This document shows, piece after piece, positions 10,259 through 20,136 of a stretch of DNA of 64,000 nucleotides (position 1 is its first letter; every line of letters starts with the position of its first letter). Source of the stretch: Polyangiaceae bacterium (GTDB lineage: Bacteria > Myxococcota_A > Polyangia > Polyangiales > Polyangiaceae); contig JBILLK010000036.1 of assembly GCA_044376115.1 (NCBI GenBank), positions 42,169 through 106,168 of the forward strand. The letters run 5' to 3'. The position numbers and the translations under genes were made by a program. The notes under the pieces were generated by a model. The model made no database searches and was not told where the DNA came from. It saw only the letters and a list, made by a program, of their open reading frames with translations.

Positions 10259-10842
10259 GCACTACGACAGGTGTTCCCCACCCGATTGAATCTTTAGGCC
10301 GCTCATACCTTCACCCTCTGGTATCGGTACCTATGCTCTCCTTGCGTCCGCTCGGTTACGTGGCCGTTCTCAGCATTGTCAGCGTTGGGTGCGGGGGCCA
10401 AGGTGAAGGGTTCAAGGAAACGGAGACAGCGACCTTGCCGCTACCCCGCTCGACGAGCTCGTCCGCGACGCTCACGTGCAAGAAGGCCGGTTGCTCTGAC
10501 CGGTTCACGGTTCGCCTCAAACAACGCCCCTCTGATCCGAAGGGCTGGGCTGTGGAGGTCGACCTCAAGGGCAAGCCAGCGACTTGCACCTTTGACTGGA
10601 GCCCGACGACCACGAGCGCGACCTGCGGCGAAGGTTTGAGCATGGCCTTCCACGAGCCTCCGCTCGATGACGCTACGACGGCAACCCTCACCGTCGCGGG
10701 GGCGCCGTCGCGCGTGGGCCTCACCGTCAAGCACAACGGTGCGCCTATCGAACCGCAGCGCTTCTACGACCCAACGTACGAGACGGACCCAACCGGCACT
10801 GCTTGCGGCTGTCAAGCCTCGGGGACGTTCGTACTCAAGTAG
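10255..10842 (+). CDS. Cys-containing lipoprotein, hypothetical (probable start 10333)
   Basis: Signal-like VAVLSIVSVGC; paired cysteines. Confidence 0.65.
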   Translation: MSTTTGVPHPIESLGRSYLHPLVSVPMLSLRPLGYVAVLSIVSVGCGGQGEGFKETETATLPLPRSTSSSATLTCKKAGCSDRFTVRLKQRPSDPKGWAVEVDLKGKPATCTFDWSPTTTSATCGEGLSMAFHEPPLDDATTATLTVAGAPSRVGLTVKHNGAPIEPQRFYDPTYETDPTGTACGCQASGTFVLK

Positions 10843-10844
10843 CG

Positions 10845-11273
10845 CTAGTTGCTGCGCCGACAAACCATGCGCACCGCGCGGCCTTCTTCACCCCACGGCG
10901 CGATGTTCGTCATCTGCAACACCAACTCGTGATCCGAACGCAGCGAGAGGGTGATGCGCCAGCCCCACTCGGGGCTGTCGGCTTCGCCGTCGCCGTAGCG
11001 GCCGGTCACGTCCAAGAGCGCCCAGCTCGCGGTAACGTTGCTGCAGGCCATGCTGGTGCGTGCGTGCCAGCTATCGTTGAAATCGGCGCCCTGCGCGTTG
11101 ATCGCGAGCCGCCCCTCTTGCGGCCGCCCCTCGTAACTCCAGCTGTAGGAGATGCCGGCCTCATCGATCGAGACGGTGCAATCACACATCAGAACGTCAT
11201 TGCCCATCGGGTCGAGCCACAGCTCCTTCTTGCCACGCCACTGGCTACCCGCGAGATCCGAAAGCTTCCCCAT
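10845..11273 (-). CDS. DUF1579-like protein
   Basis: LAGSQWRGKKELWLDP...DSWH...WGWRITL...MTNIAPWGEE. Confidence 0.6.
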   Translation of the reverse strand: MGKLSDLAGSQWRGKKELWLDPMGNDVLMCDCTVSIDEAGISYSWSYEGRPQEGRLAINAQGADFNDSWHARTSMACSNVTASWALLDVTGRYGDGEADSPEWGWRITLSLRSDHELVLQMTNIAPWGEEGRAVRMVCRRSN

Positions 11274-11560
11274 GCCGCGGAATTTAACGCGAAGAGGACA
11301 GCTGCCCAAGAGCAATGCGGCCGGCGGACGTGTGCCCCGCAGAAGCGGCGGACTTGTCCTCTGAAGTTAGCGGAGCTGTCCCTGGTGCCCGCCGTTCCAC
11401 CGTCTTCCGCCGAAGGCGGATGCAGCGAACAGAATGACTCGTGCCGTCTTCTGAAAGAACGGCCGAAGGCCCCGTGGTCATTGGGACTTTGGCACGAGTC
11501 ATTGGCCGCAATAAGTTCGATTAAGTCGCGCAGCCGGAGGTCCACCGTAGCGTGCGAGCG

Positions 11561-12703
11561 ATGAACCCTACCTTGGTCGCTTTGCGCTGCGTTGGTCGTT
11601 GCTTGAACCGGGTTAAGCCCTTGGTCGCGCTGCTCGCGTTGAACGGCGCCGGCTGTGGTGGACTGGTCGTGATGCCGAGTGATGACGAGAGCGCCTCCGA
11701 CTCCGAGGGCGGCTCCGACGCTGTCGAGCCCGCTGCGCCCTTGGTGCAAATCTCAGCCAAGTGGGATCACGTTTGCGCCATCGACGAGCGCGGTACGCTC
11801 AGCTGTTGGGGCGTCTACTTGAGCGCCACCGACGGCATCGCGGAGACCTTTGCGCTCGCGGCTGAGCCGCGCGTCATTGACCCTGGGCATCGTTATCGCA
11901 AGGTCTCCGCCGGTATTGGTACCACCTGCGCGATTCGAAGCGACGGTAGCCTCTGGTGTTGGGGCCACAACCAAGGAGGCGCACTTGCGACCGGTGACCG
12001 ACTGCCCAGCGTCGACCCGGTGCGCATCGGTGAGGCCAGCGACTGGGAGCAGGTCGCGGTGGGCTCGGGCTTTGTTTGCGGTCTGCGCGCAGGAGGGGCG
12101 CTCTACTGTTGGGGCGGGCCAGACTACGGCGAAGTGATCGACGGCCCGCTCGACTCGGAAGCGTTGCTCGTCCCGACGTTCCTCGGCGAAACGTTCATCG
12201 CCGTGGACTCGCACTGGTACCGCACCGTGGCCATCAAAGCAGACGGCAGCGTTTGGTCCAGCGACAACAACGGTCTGTTCGGCTTCGTCCAAGGCTTTGA
12301 AGGCCTCGCGGCAAGCGTTTCGGTCGGGGTGAGCGAGTTCCAGATCGTCGACCGGGAGGGGGCGCTTTCTCGGCTGCACTTTGTGCAGTACGGCGTCGTC
12401 GAGCAGACCTTCGAGCAGCCGAATGAGAGCTTCACCGACGCACACTCGGCGAGCTACGCGCGCTGCGCCGTGAGTGAGGAGCACGAGCTCTTCTGCGCGC
12501 CCAAAGCAACCACCGAGGTGCAACCGCTCGCCCCGTTCGGCGAAGGCGCAGACTGGACCGAAGTTGGCGTCGGCCAGTCGTTTGGCTGCGGAGTGCGCCT
12601 CGATGGCTCGATCTGGTGTTGGGGCACGCTCGGCAGCGGCTTCACGGGTAGCAGCACGCCGGAGGTCGTAGAGTACGGACCAGCCCCCGTGCGCGTCCAA
12701 TGA
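11561..12703 (+). CDS. RCC1/BLIP-II repeat beta-propeller lipoprotein
   Basis: Repeats HVCAIDERGTLSCWG, TTCAIRSDGSLWCWG, FVCGLRAGGALYCWG, FGCGVRLDGSIWCWG. Confidence 0.88.
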   Translation: MNPTLVALRCVGRCLNRVKPLVALLALNGAGCGGLVVMPSDDESASDSEGGSDAVEPAAPLVQISAKWDHVCAIDERGTLSCWGVYLSATDGIAETFALAAEPRVIDPGHRYRKVSAGIGTTCAIRSDGSLWCWGHNQGGALATGDRLPSVDPVRIGEASDWEQVAVGSGFVCGLRAGGALYCWGGPDYGEVIDGPLDSEALLVPTFLGETFIAVDSHWYRTVAIKADGSVWSSDNNGLFGFVQGFEGLAASVSVGVSEFQIVDREGALSRLHFVQYGVVEQTFEQPNESFTDAHSASYARCAVSEEHELFCAPKATTEVQPLAPFGEGADWTEVGVGQSFGCGVRLDGSIWCWGTLGSGFTGSSTPEVVEYGPAPVRVQ

Positions 12704-12725
12704 CCAGCGCACGGGGGCGCTTCCG

Positions 12726-13415
12726 TCACTCGCGTTCGAAGAAGGTCTGCTCGCCTGTCTCGGCATGCAGTGCGCTCATCCCATCCGCGGTGACGCAATA
12801 CTCGAGCGCGGCCTGTTCAGCCTTAGCGCCCACGAGCAGCGTGGTTCCCGACAGCTCGTATGGCTCATTGGCCGACTCGAGCGGCCCACCGACGACGCTG
12901 GTGCAGTTGCATAGGGCCCCACGATCGACGCAGGACACGTCATCGCCCTGCACCACCGAGTCACAGGTAGCGCCCGGCACCATGCAATCCTTCGGCAATA
13001 GGATCTCCCAGCCGGCGAACACCTGGCGATCGATCTGCACGGTGCCCGCTGCTGCAAACACGGCTGTGCCTTCGATTCGGTAAACGTAGCGGGAGAGTTC
13101 GACGCTGCCGTTGCCGCAGGGCTCCTCGAGCCACTGCGTTTCTCCGCAGGCCTGCGAATAACGAAAGGCGCCGACGACGTCGCCGCCGCAGGGAGCCGCT
13201 TCACAGAAGCTGTTCGCGCCGCCGCCTGCTTGCTCACCGCCGCCGGCTCCGCCTCCTCCCGAAGAAGCGTTCGCGCCCGAGCCACTCGAGGTCGAGCTTT
13301 CGTTGTCTTGGCCACCGGAGCCTGAGGGCTCTTCATTGCTGGCGCAGGCGAAGGCGAGCGTGAGGGGGCAGGCGAGGAGGAGGCTGAAACGGGAAGATGC
13401 GATGCGTTGCTTCAT
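12726..13415 (-). CDS. Cys-rich lipoprotein, hypothetical
   Basis: Lipobox LAFAC, Gly/Ser linker, CGGDVVG motif. Confidence 0.75.
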   Translation of the reverse strand: MKQRIASSRFSLLLACPLTLAFACASNEEPSGSGGQDNESSTSSGSGANASSGGGGAGGGEQAGGGANSFCEAAPCGGDVVGAFRYSQACGETQWLEEPCGNGSVELSRYVYRIEGTAVFAAAGTVQIDRQVFAGWEILLPKDCMVPGATCDSVVQGDDVSCVDRGALCNCTSVVGGPLESANEPYELSGTTLLVGAKAEQAALEYCVTADGMSALHAETGEQTFFERE

Positions 13416-13564
13416 GCGGCCGTTGTGCACCGTGCCGCGAGTGAGCGAGCCTTAAAGCACCTTATTCCGGCGCACTGCGACACGCGTGGGGCAGCGCACA
13501 CAGGAGCTGCGACAGAAGGAGGTCGGTGCCGCGGTCACTCGGCTCGGATTCAGCGCAATTCGCG

Positions 13565-13582
13565 CTGGCACGGCTCATGAAT
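13565..13582 (+). promoter_or_regulatory. Possible sigma54 -24/-12 promoter (variant -12)
   Basis: CTGGCACGGCTCATGAAT just upstream of the DUF1592 gene; -24 TGGCAC is perfect, -12 has GA instead of GC; TGCGACA repeated at about 13477 and 13508. Confidence 0.4.
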
Positions 13583-13593
13583 AGCAGGCCAGC

Positions 13594-15354
13594 ATGATGC
13601 GGCGATTAGCTCTCGGCATGGTCTTGCTCGCGCCTGCGGGCTGCATCGGCAGCCTCGGTGGTGACGATGACAGCACGGGCAAACCAGGCGAAGAGGAGGT
13701 CACCTACGAGACCAGCGCGTTCGCCTGCAAGCCGGGCCTTCAGCCGACCGAGTTGCCGCTGCGCAGGCTCTCCAACCAACAGTACCGCCGGGCGATGACC
13801 GATACGCTGCGCGCGCTGCTCCCGGGCGAGGCCGACGCGGTGCTCAGCGAGGTGCAGAGCCGCGTCGATGCGCTCCCGCGCGACAAGCGCAGCGGCCCCG
13901 ATCCGAAGTACGGCGGCTTTCGTCGGCTCGACCAAGCCATCTTTCAGGAGACCGTCAGCGGCTCGTATGAAGTGGGGTCTTTGATCGGTAGCGCCGTCGC
14001 TTCGAGCGATGCGCGGCTGCAAGAGATCGCCGGGGCGTGCGCGACCGACGCTGACGCGAGCAACGATGCGGCGTGTCTCGAGGCCTTCGTCGAGAAGGTC
14101 GCACCGCGCATTTTGCGCCGCGCGGTGAGTGCGGAGGACGTCGCTTTCTACGTAGCCGTCGCCGACAGCACGTTGGAGCGCGAAGACTACGGCGACGTGC
14201 TCAACGTCCTGTTTAGCGCGCCGGATTTCCTCTACTTCGTCGAGCAAGGCAGCGGCGAGCCGGTGGACGGTGTGCTCACGCTCACCGCGCATGAGCTCGC
14301 CAATCGCTTGTCCTTCCACTTCTGGCAGACGGTTCCGGATGAGGAGCTGTGGGCGTTGGCGGACGCAGGCTCCTTGAGCGACGAGGCGGTGTACAAGGCG
14401 CAGGTTGAGCGGCTTTTCGCTGACGCCCGCACGCAACAAGCGCTCGACGAGTTCTACGGCGATTGGCTGGATCCCCAGCATCTCGGGGCGCTCGACGCAG
14501 GCGTTGGTTCGCCCGACTACGACGCCTTCACCGGTGAGTTTTCGCCCTCGAGCGATACCCGCGCGCACATGCTGAACGAGATCGAGCGCATGGGTCGCTA
14601 CTACTCGGTGGACGCGCCGAGCAGCTTCGACGAGTTCTTCTTGTCCGACCGCTCCTTCGCTGAGCACGACGACGTGGCCGAGATCTACGGTGTTTCGGCG
14701 TGGACCGAGGGCGATCCGCCGGCCCTGCCCGCCGAACGTCAGGGGCTAACTACGCGAGCGCTCTTGCTCGCGAGCGGCAGCGTCTCCACGCACCCGATCA
14801 TGAAGGGCGTGTTTCTGCGCAAGACCATCCTCTGCGACGAAGTGGGTGCACCGCCCGCCGATGCGATGGCTGTCGCCGACGGTACTCAGCCGAGCGGCAT
14901 CACCTCGCGCGACAAGGCCGTCGCCATCAGCGAGGCTCGCGCCGATTGCGCCGCCTGCCACGAGACGCTGATCAATCCGCTGGGCTTCGTGACCGAGAAC
15001 TTCGACGGGCTCGGGCGTTTGCGCAGCAGTGAGTCGGTTTACGACAAGACCACCGGCGAAGTGATCGGCACGGCCGCCGTGGACACGAGCGCGACGCCGC
15101 GGGTCACCTTCGACGACGAGCGCGAGGCCTCTAACGCCGCCCAGCTCAATAGCTACATGCTCGAGAGCGAGAAGCCGCAGGCCTGCTTCGCTCGACGCTA
15201 CTTCCGTTTCACCTTCGGCCGCGAAGAAGACGCCGGTGACGGCTGCTTGCTCGCCGATACGCATGAGGCGCTGCTCGATGGCGGTGACCTCGGCTCGGTG
15301 TTGCGCAGCATGGCCCTGGCCGGCCAGTTCAAGAACAAGTCCTTCACCCCGTGA
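13594..15354 (+). CDS. DUF1592/DUF1588/DUF1595 (PSD/PSCyt) domain lipoprotein
   Basis: LRRLSNQQY, ELANRLSFHFW..PDEEL, THPIMKGVFLR, CAACH..INPLGF.ENFDGLGR. Confidence 0.9.
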   Translation: MMRRLALGMVLLAPAGCIGSLGGDDDSTGKPGEEEVTYETSAFACKPGLQPTELPLRRLSNQQYRRAMTDTLRALLPGEADAVLSEVQSRVDALPRDKRSGPDPKYGGFRRLDQAIFQETVSGSYEVGSLIGSAVASSDARLQEIAGACATDADASNDAACLEAFVEKVAPRILRRAVSAEDVAFYVAVADSTLEREDYGDVLNVLFSAPDFLYFVEQGSGEPVDGVLTLTAHELANRLSFHFWQTVPDEELWALADAGSLSDEAVYKAQVERLFADARTQQALDEFYGDWLDPQHLGALDAGVGSPDYDAFTGEFSPSSDTRAHMLNEIERMGRYYSVDAPSSFDEFFLSDRSFAEHDDVAEIYGVSAWTEGDPPALPAERQGLTTRALLLASGSVSTHPIMKGVFLRKTILCDEVGAPPADAMAVADGTQPSGITSRDKAVAISEARADCAACHETLINPLGFVTENFDGLGRLRSSESVYDKTTGEVIGTAAVDTSATPRVTFDDEREASNAAQLNSYMLESEKPQACFARRYFRFTFGREEDAGDGCLLADTHEALLDGGDLGSVLRSMALAGQFKNKSFTP

Positions 15355-16913
15355 CGCACGCTGCTCGGAGCAAGACCATGAAGAAGAATGCAAACAACTC
15401 GCGGCGGATGTTCCTGCGCGGCATGGGCGGTGCGCTGCTAACCATCCCCTTCCTCTCCTCGCTGGAGACCAAAGAGTCGAGCGCTGCGCCTACCGGCAAG
15501 CCCAAGCGCTTCATCGCGCTCGCAACCAATCACGGCGGCGTGCGCGGCAGCAACATGCATCCTGCGCAGGCCACTCTGAGCGACACCCTGGCCTACGCCG
15601 GTATCTCGGTGCGGCGCGGTGATCTGCAGCTCGCCGTGCAGAATGGTCGGGCCTCTCTCTCGCCGGTGCTCTCGGCCGATTCGAGCGTCTTTACGCAAGG
15701 CTTGGCCAGCAAGCTCAACGTGCTGCGCGGCCTCGATGTTGCGCGCTACATCGCCCACAACGAGGGCTCTCACCTCGGCAACGTCACCAGCAACGACCCG
15801 AGCGGCACGCCGCTGCTGCGACCCACGCTCGATCAAGTGTTGGCCTACTCGGATGCCTTCTACCCGTCGGTGCCGAAGGTGCGGTCGATGAACCTGGCCG
15901 CTGTGGGTAGCATCTCGGTGGGCCATGAAAACCCGATGGATGCGAACAGCCCGCTGCAGTCGATGCCCAGCTCGCACAGCGTCTACGATCTGTTCGCCGC
16001 CGTTTACACTCCGCCCGATCCGACCGAGGTCAAACGCTCGCCGGTGGTGGACAGCGTGCTCGCCGATTACAGGCGGCTGCGCAATGGTGGCCGCATCTCC
16101 AAGGCCGATCGCGACCGGCTCGACGCCCATATCGCGCGGCTCGAGGATCTCGAGGCCTCGCTCACCGCGACGCAATCTTGCGGTGAAGTGACCGGCCCGA
16201 CCGAAGACCCTTCGGGCCCGTGGGTCGGTGATTACTTCACCAACCCCGATACGCAGGCGCGCTACCTCAACGCCTACCTCGACGTGATGCTGATCGCGCT
16301 GAGCTGCGACACCTGTCGCATCGGTACCGTCTCCTCCGACATCCTGATGGACTACGTGGGCGCCGACTATCACCAGGACGTGGCGCATCGATCGCACCAA
16401 AGCACGCCCGAAGCGCCGCTCGAGGACGTGAACGCGCAAGACCACATCCGCGATGGTTCGCAGCGTTACTTCGAACGCGTCTTCTTGCGCTTCATCTCGC
16501 GCATGGAGGCGATCGACGATGGCGACGGGCAAAGCCTGCTCGACTCATCGCTGGTGGCCTGGACGCAAGAGAGCGGCATCCGTACCCACGACAACCTCGA
16601 CTGGCCGGTGGTGCTCGCAGGCGGCGCAGCAGGCACGGTGAGCACTGGCAACTTCTGCGACTACCGTCACCTCGCAGGTCCGGCGATCTACGAGGGCAGC
16701 AACGACGAGACGAAGCCCGGCCTGATGCTGATGCAGTACCACGGCACCTTGCTCCAAGCGATGGGCCTGGATCCCTCGAGCTACGAAGAGAGCGAGTACG
16801 GCGGCTACGGCCCGATGATCGATTACGACGCTGATAGCTGGTTCCCCCACGGTATGTGGAGCGAGACCGTGAAGCACGCAGCGCACGATTGGCTGCCGTT
16901 CCTGAAGGCCTGA
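15351..16913 (+). CDS. DUF1552 family protein (Tat signal)
   Basis: SRRMFLRG Tat motif, PTLDQVLA, DRDRLDAH, ALSCD, YHQDVAH, SLLDSSLV; canonical partner of DUF1592. Confidence 0.9.
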   Translation: MTHAARSKTMKKNANNSRRMFLRGMGGALLTIPFLSSLETKESSAAPTGKPKRFIALATNHGGVRGSNMHPAQATLSDTLAYAGISVRRGDLQLAVQNGRASLSPVLSADSSVFTQGLASKLNVLRGLDVARYIAHNEGSHLGNVTSNDPSGTPLLRPTLDQVLAYSDAFYPSVPKVRSMNLAAVGSISVGHENPMDANSPLQSMPSSHSVYDLFAAVYTPPDPTEVKRSPVVDSVLADYRRLRNGGRISKADRDRLDAHIARLEDLEASLTATQSCGEVTGPTEDPSGPWVGDYFTNPDTQARYLNAYLDVMLIALSCDTCRIGTVSSDILMDYVGADYHQDVAHRSHQSTPEAPLEDVNAQDHIRDGSQRYFERVFLRFISRMEAIDDGDGQSLLDSSLVAWTQESGIRTHDNLDWPVVLAGGAAGTVSTGNFCDYRHLAGPAIYEGSNDETKPGLMLMQYHGTLLQAMGLDPSSYEESEYGGYGPMIDYDADSWFPHGMWSETVKHAAHDWLPFLKA

Positions 16914-16936
16914 ACAGCCTTAGCGAACGACCGAAC

Positions 16937-17719
16937 TCAGGGGCAGGGCACGCTGTTGATGCAGTCGATCCGGGCTTGCCCCGGTGAGCTCTCGGCGGCC
17001 TTGTAAGTGCCTGCGCCAATTCGAATCGATAGGTTTTCCAGTGGGAGCAGGAATGCACTCGAGCCGCGGGTGTTCCAGCTCAAGCCGTCGGTCGAGGTCT
17101 CGAAAAACATCTCCGTTTCGTCTGCGCGAATTCGCAGATAGCGGTCAACGTTCGGGTTGTAGCTCCCGTTGGAAAACTCCATCGCGTTGCCGTTGCCCGC
17201 AAACTGGAAGCCACCGCCCTCGAGGATCAGGTTGGCTGCGGCCCCGGTGCTCGGGTCATCCAAGTACACGTAGGTTTGCGCGCCGAGGATCGGGTTGGTC
17301 GCCTCGAGCAGGCGGAAGCTGAGGCTGTCACAGGTGAGGTGGAACACGCCGGGCAGCTCGACCCAGCAGAAGTCGACCGCCGGTGGATCGGGCAGTGGGA
17401 ACAGGGCGGAGCCGGCGTCGGCCACGACGCAGCTATGTGGCGACAGCGAGCCGAGCCCGCCGTCAAAGGTCTCCTGAATCGAACTTACCGGCGGGTTGAT
17501 GAACTCCCCGCACGCGAGCTGCCCACCCATTCCGCCTTGTGCGCCCAAGCCCCCGCCGGCCATTCCGCCTGCGCCGCCAAGTCCTCCCGCTCCGCCAGCC
17601 TCCGACGAGCTCGATCCGCCCGGGTTCTGCCCGCCGCGGTCATAGCTCTCGAGATCGAAAGCGATCGAACAACCGAACAGCGCCAGCGACCCGAACCCGA
17701 GCAACGAAGTACCGCGCAT
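16937..17719 (-). CDS. Gly-rich lipoprotein with beta-sandwich-like C-terminus, hypothetical
   Basis: Lipobox LFGC; YLRIR...FFETSTDGLSW. Confidence 0.75.
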   Translation of the reverse strand: MRGTSLLGFGSLALFGCSIAFDLESYDRGGQNPGGSSSSEAGGAGGLGGAGGMAGGGLGAQGGMGGQLACGEFINPPVSSIQETFDGGLGSLSPHSCVVADAGSALFPLPDPPAVDFCWVELPGVFHLTCDSLSFRLLEATNPILGAQTYVYLDDPSTGAAANLILEGGGFQFAGNGNAMEFSNGSYNPNVDRYLRIRADETEMFFETSTDGLSWNTRGSSAFLLPLENLSIRIGAGTYKAAESSPGQARIDCINSVPCP

Positions 17720-17722
17720 CGC

Positions 17723-18565
17723 TCAAAAGTCTCCCACGACAACGAGGCCTACCGTCTCGCGCGTTGCGATCGGCGCCAGCGAGAGCTGCGCCGCCGACGA
17801 AGAGGCGACGAACGGGCTGGTAAAGAAGAGCACCGGCGCCACAGCCAAGGCCGCCAAGCCAACGCCGAGGGAAACATCTGCGGCCAGAAAGAGAGTGCGC
17901 GCCTCATCCACGTCTTCGGTGGCACAGCGCGGAGCACACCCGAGATCATCGAGCGCGCCCTTCTTACTAAGCCCCGCGATCCCGAGCCCCCCGAACAGTG
18001 AGAGCCCAACGATCCCGGCGCCACCGACGATCCAGAAGGCCGGCGAAATCTCGCGTTCCGGCGGCTCCGATTGGACTGCAACCTTGGTCGTAAAGACCAC
18101 CTCGACGCGCCGCAGTTTGTCGCCCTCGCGCACGATCAACGTCTGCTCGATCGGCTCTGAGCCTGTTCGCTCGAGGCGCAGCTTGTGTTCGCCCGGATCG
18201 ATCTCGATCGCCTTCCCATCCAGCCGATCGAGCAACACCGTACCGGCCTCGAGCACGCGCGCGTCGGCGATGTCGAGCCCCGCCTCGTCGCGAGCAACGA
18301 ACACCAAGCTCGGTTGCGCTTTGTCCGCCTCGCTCAAGAGCGCTGTGCACTCTTGCACCAAAACGGCTGGACAACTCGGGTCCGCGCAGCGCACCAGCGC
18401 TTTGCGCGCCGCTTGCAGCTTGCTGCTCTTGCGCAGCCGCTGCGCCTCGACGTGAGCGGCGATGCATTGTTGCGTCGGCTCTTCAGGCGTTTGCGCGCGA
18501 GCCTCCCCAGGTAGGAGCAGGCCAAGCAGTAGGAAGGAGAGTGCGCGGGTATTCAACGAAGGCAC
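17723..18565 (-). CDS. Myxobacterial PEGA-like membrane protein, kinase-associated
   Basis: Signal peptide, CIAAH...CP....C, IDPGEH PEGA-like segment, C-terminal TM helices; overlaps kinase gene end. Confidence 0.75.
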   Translation of the reverse strand: MPSLNTRALSFLLLGLLLPGEARAQTPEEPTQQCIAAHVEAQRLRKSSKLQAARKALVRCADPSCPAVLVQECTALLSEADKAQPSLVFVARDEAGLDIADARVLEAGTVLLDRLDGKAIEIDPGEHKLRLERTGSEPIEQTLIVREGDKLRRVEVVFTTKVAVQSEPPEREISPAFWIVGGAGIVGLSLFGGLGIAGLSKKGALDDLGCAPRCATEDVDEARTLFLAADVSLGVGLAALAVAPVLFFTSPFVASSSAAQLSLAPIATRETVGLVVVGDF

Positions 18566-20118
18566 TCAGGCTTGTACTCGCGAAGTCCGTCGGCGGTGAT
18601 TCGAAAAGGAGGGCTGCAGTTGGGATTGACCGGCTTATTGCCGGTGAGCGCGGGTTTTGCCGAGGTACTGCGCGGTCCTGTGAGGGATTCATGGGCCAAC
18701 GCCGAACGCGCGGCCGAGGCGCTGCTAGCTGCGCTCGGGCTGGGCTGGCTTGTCGGTGGAGGAGCGGTGGGCTCACGCGCTGCGGGTACGCTTGCCGACG
18801 CGGTGACACTGGCTTGAGGCGCGGCAGGCGAAGGCGACGGCGCGGAGGGAACGAGCCGCGCCAACAAGAAGCCGATTACGCCGGCTCCGAGCACGCCAGC
18901 AAGGATCAAGGCGTTGCGTCGCGGCCGCGTGGCTGCGCCCTGATCCAAGGCCACGGCGCTCGCTGGCTCGGCCAAGGAGCGTGGCTCTTCGCCCGGCGTC
19001 TCGGTTGCGGCAGCAGGGCTCGCGGAGCTCGGCGGCGCCGCGAGTGTCGCTGACATCACCGCCTCGGACCCCGGCTTGGCGGCGTCCTTCGGCGCATCCA
19101 CTTTAGCGGCCAGCACCGGCCGGCCAGGCAGCTCGGTCGCAATCGAAAGATCGAAGGCGGAGGCGCGCTGCGCTTGCAGCCGAAGCGAGGTCGCGGCCTT
19201 GGCCTCGACCCAGCGCGCCACATCGCGAGAAGGAGCTGGCGGCGCGACCTTTTCGAGGGCTTGGGCCATTTCTCGCGCCGACGCGTAGCGCTTGGACACG
19301 TCGCGTGAGAGCCCGGTGAGGATCACCTGGTCGATCTCGGGCGAGATCTCGCGGCGAGCGCTGCTCGGCGCGACCGGCTCTTTGGAGACGGCGCGCAGAA
19401 TCACGGCGGCCTCAGAGCCGAGCTCATCGAAGTAGCGCGTTCCGGTCAAGAGCTCCCACAAGACGACGCTGGCCGCGTACAAATCGGCCCTTCGATCCAC
19501 CTCCTCGGCGCGGATCTGTTCGGGCGCCATGTACGCAACTTTGCCTTTGATCTGGCCATCCCGCGTGGCGGTTGAGTTGCCCACCGCCTTGGCCACGCCA
19601 AAGTCGATCAGTCGGGCTACGCCGTCCGACCCGACGAGCACGTTCTGCGGTGAGACATCGCGGTGCACGATCGAAAGCGGAAGGCCGTCCTCTCCATGTG
19701 CCTCATGCGCGGCATGCAACCCCTCCAGCATGCCCACGCCAATGGCGCTGACGATCGACGCAGGCAGCCCCTCTGGCGTGGTTCGAAACAGCTTGGACAG
19801 CGACTCGCCGGGGATGAAGTCCATCACCAAAAAGAGCTCTCCGGCCTCGGCTACGACATCGAGGATGGGCACCACGTTGGGATGGCGAATGCGCGAGGCG
19901 AGGCGCGCCTCATCCAAGAACATCGCGACGAATTGCGGGTCCTTTGCGTATTGTGGGTGCAGCCGTTTGATCGCGACGACGCGGGTGAAACCGCCTGAGC
20001 CGACCAAACGGCCATAGTGCACCGTGGCCATCCCGCCGGTGGCGATCTCCCCTTGGATGGCGTAGCGCCCAACGCGATCGGGCTCGGCTTCGGAGGTGCG
20101 GGACATCGACGAATTCAT
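18553..20118 (-). CDS. Membrane-anchored Ser/Thr protein kinase
   Basis: IATGGMATVH, VAIK, HRDVSPQN, DFG, APE; TM segment and Pro-rich tail. Confidence 0.95.
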   Translation of the reverse strand: MNSSMSRTSEAEPDRVGRYAIQGEIATGGMATVHYGRLVGSGGFTRVVAIKRLHPQYAKDPQFVAMFLDEARLASRIRHPNVVPILDVVAEAGELFLVMDFIPGESLSKLFRTTPEGLPASIVSAIGVGMLEGLHAAHEAHGEDGLPLSIVHRDVSPQNVLVGSDGVARLIDFGVAKAVGNSTATRDGQIKGKVAYMAPEQIRAEEVDRRADLYAASVVLWELLTGTRYFDELGSEAAVILRAVSKEPVAPSSARREISPEIDQVILTGLSRDVSKRYASAREMAQALEKVAPPAPSRDVARWVEAKAATSLRLQAQRASAFDLSIATELPGRPVLAAKVDAPKDAAKPGSEAVMSATLAAPPSSASPAAATETPGEEPRSLAEPASAVALDQGAATRPRRNALILAGVLGAGVIGFLLARLVPSAPSPSPAAPQASVTASASVPAAREPTAPPPTSQPSPSAASSASAARSALAHESLTGPRSTSAKPALTGNKPVNPNCSPPFRITADGLREYKPECLR

Positions 20119-20136
20119 CCTACCGTAGCGCGCTGG

